Of a stretch of DNA of 64,000 nt, positions 63,201-64,000 are shown piece after piece. Origin of the DNA: Tubulanus polymorphus (lineage: Eukaryota > Animalia > Nemertea); NCBI RefSeq assembly GCF_964204645.1, contig NC_134029.1, positions 1,054,001 to 1,118,000 on the forward strand. The letters are read 5' to 3'. The notes beneath the pieces are model-generated. The model was not told the DNA's origin and ran no database searches. It saw nothing but the letters and a program-made list of their open reading frames with translations. A program made the translations under genes and the position numbers. Position 1 is the first letter of the stretch, and each line of letters begins with the position of its first letter.

Positions 63201-63877
63201 CTTACCCCCTGTCTACCTCACTCTCACTCCTTACCCCCTGTCTACCTCACTCTCACTCACTCTCACTCCTTACCCCCTGTCTACCTCACTCTCCCTCACT
63301 CTCACTCCTTACCCCCTGTCTACCTCACTCTCCCTCACTCTCACTCCTTACTCCCTGTCTACCTCACTCTCACTCCTTACCCCCTGTCTACCTCACTCTC
63401 ACTCACTCTCACTCCTTACCCCCTGTCTACCTCACTCTCCCTCACTCTCACTCCTTACCCCCTGTCTACCTCACTCTCCCTCACTCTCACTCCTTACTCC
63501 CTGTCTACCTCACTCTCACTCCTACCCCCTGTCTACCTCACTCTCACTCACTCTCATCCTTACCCCCTGTCTACCTCACTCTCCCTCACTCTCACTCCTT
63601 ACCCCCTGTCTACCTCACTCTCTCTCACTCTCACTCCTTACCCCCTGTCTACCTCACTCTCACTCACTCTCACTCCTTACCCCCTGTCTACCTCACTCTC
63701 CCTCACTCTCACTCCTTACCCCCTGTCTACCTCACTCTCCCTCACTCTCACTCCTTACTCCCTGTCTACCTCACTCTCACTCCTTACCCCCTGTCTCCCT
63801 CACTCTCACTCCTTACCCCCTGTCTCCCTCACTCTCACTCCTTACCCCCTGTCTCCCTCACTCTCTACCCTACCCCG
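60213..63877. repeat. 3.6-kb C-rich minisatellite with 29/35/39-bp unit variants
   Basis: Core CTCACTCCTTACCCCCTGTCTACCTCACT plus optional CTCACT, CTCACTCACT or CTCCCTCACT; roughly 100 units. Confidence 0.97.
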
Positions 63878-64000
63878 GCACGGTTTAGGAAAAGGGCACC
63901 GACAAGGATCTGACTTGCCTTCAATGTCTTCTTGTAATAGCATGTTACCTTTTTTACATAGTAATATTATGTGTTCCTATGAGCAGTTTAGTTATTTATT

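Noticed and set aside
60166-63888. 1240-aa and 317-aa ORFs
   Set aside because: They are translations of a stop-poor C-rich minisatellite. The peptide flips between the three repeat frames, so there is no sign of coding constraint.

Overview
Intron-rich genomic DNA from a compact-genome invertebrate (inferred from short GT-AG introns, AT-rich intergenic DNA and many small inverted-repeat elements). Three multi-exon genes are recognisable. (1) A divergent inositol 1,4,5-trisphosphate receptor-like channel on + (N-terminus outside the window, stop at 18894). (2) Integrator subunit INTS3 on - (37168->28385). (3) A bubblegum-family long-chain acyl-CoA synthetase, ACSBG, on + (38787->47001), head-to-head with INTS3. 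There is also a U5 snRNA copy without its Sm site (-, ~49035-49118), probable 5' exons of an unidentified gene (50.7-58.7 kb), MITEs, SINE heads and several minisatellites, including a 3.6-kb C-rich array whose 1240-aa ORF is an artefact. The most unusual part is the 19.9-27.0 kb interval between the ITPR-like gene and INTS3, which looks like a minus-strand, spliced, non-coding transcription unit. It has a TATA promoter with NF-kB and AP-1 motifs. It contains an inverted repeat with ~240-bp arms built from a LINE ORF2 fragment, whose transition differences are biased ~29:11 towards G:U pairing on the minus strand. Downstream come tandem exon-intron modules with intact splice sites but no ORF, and an array of back-to-back hairpins just before a poly(A) signal. 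This is a candidate hairpin-RNA/endo-siRNA locus. All alignments and counts were done by eye; no database searches were run.
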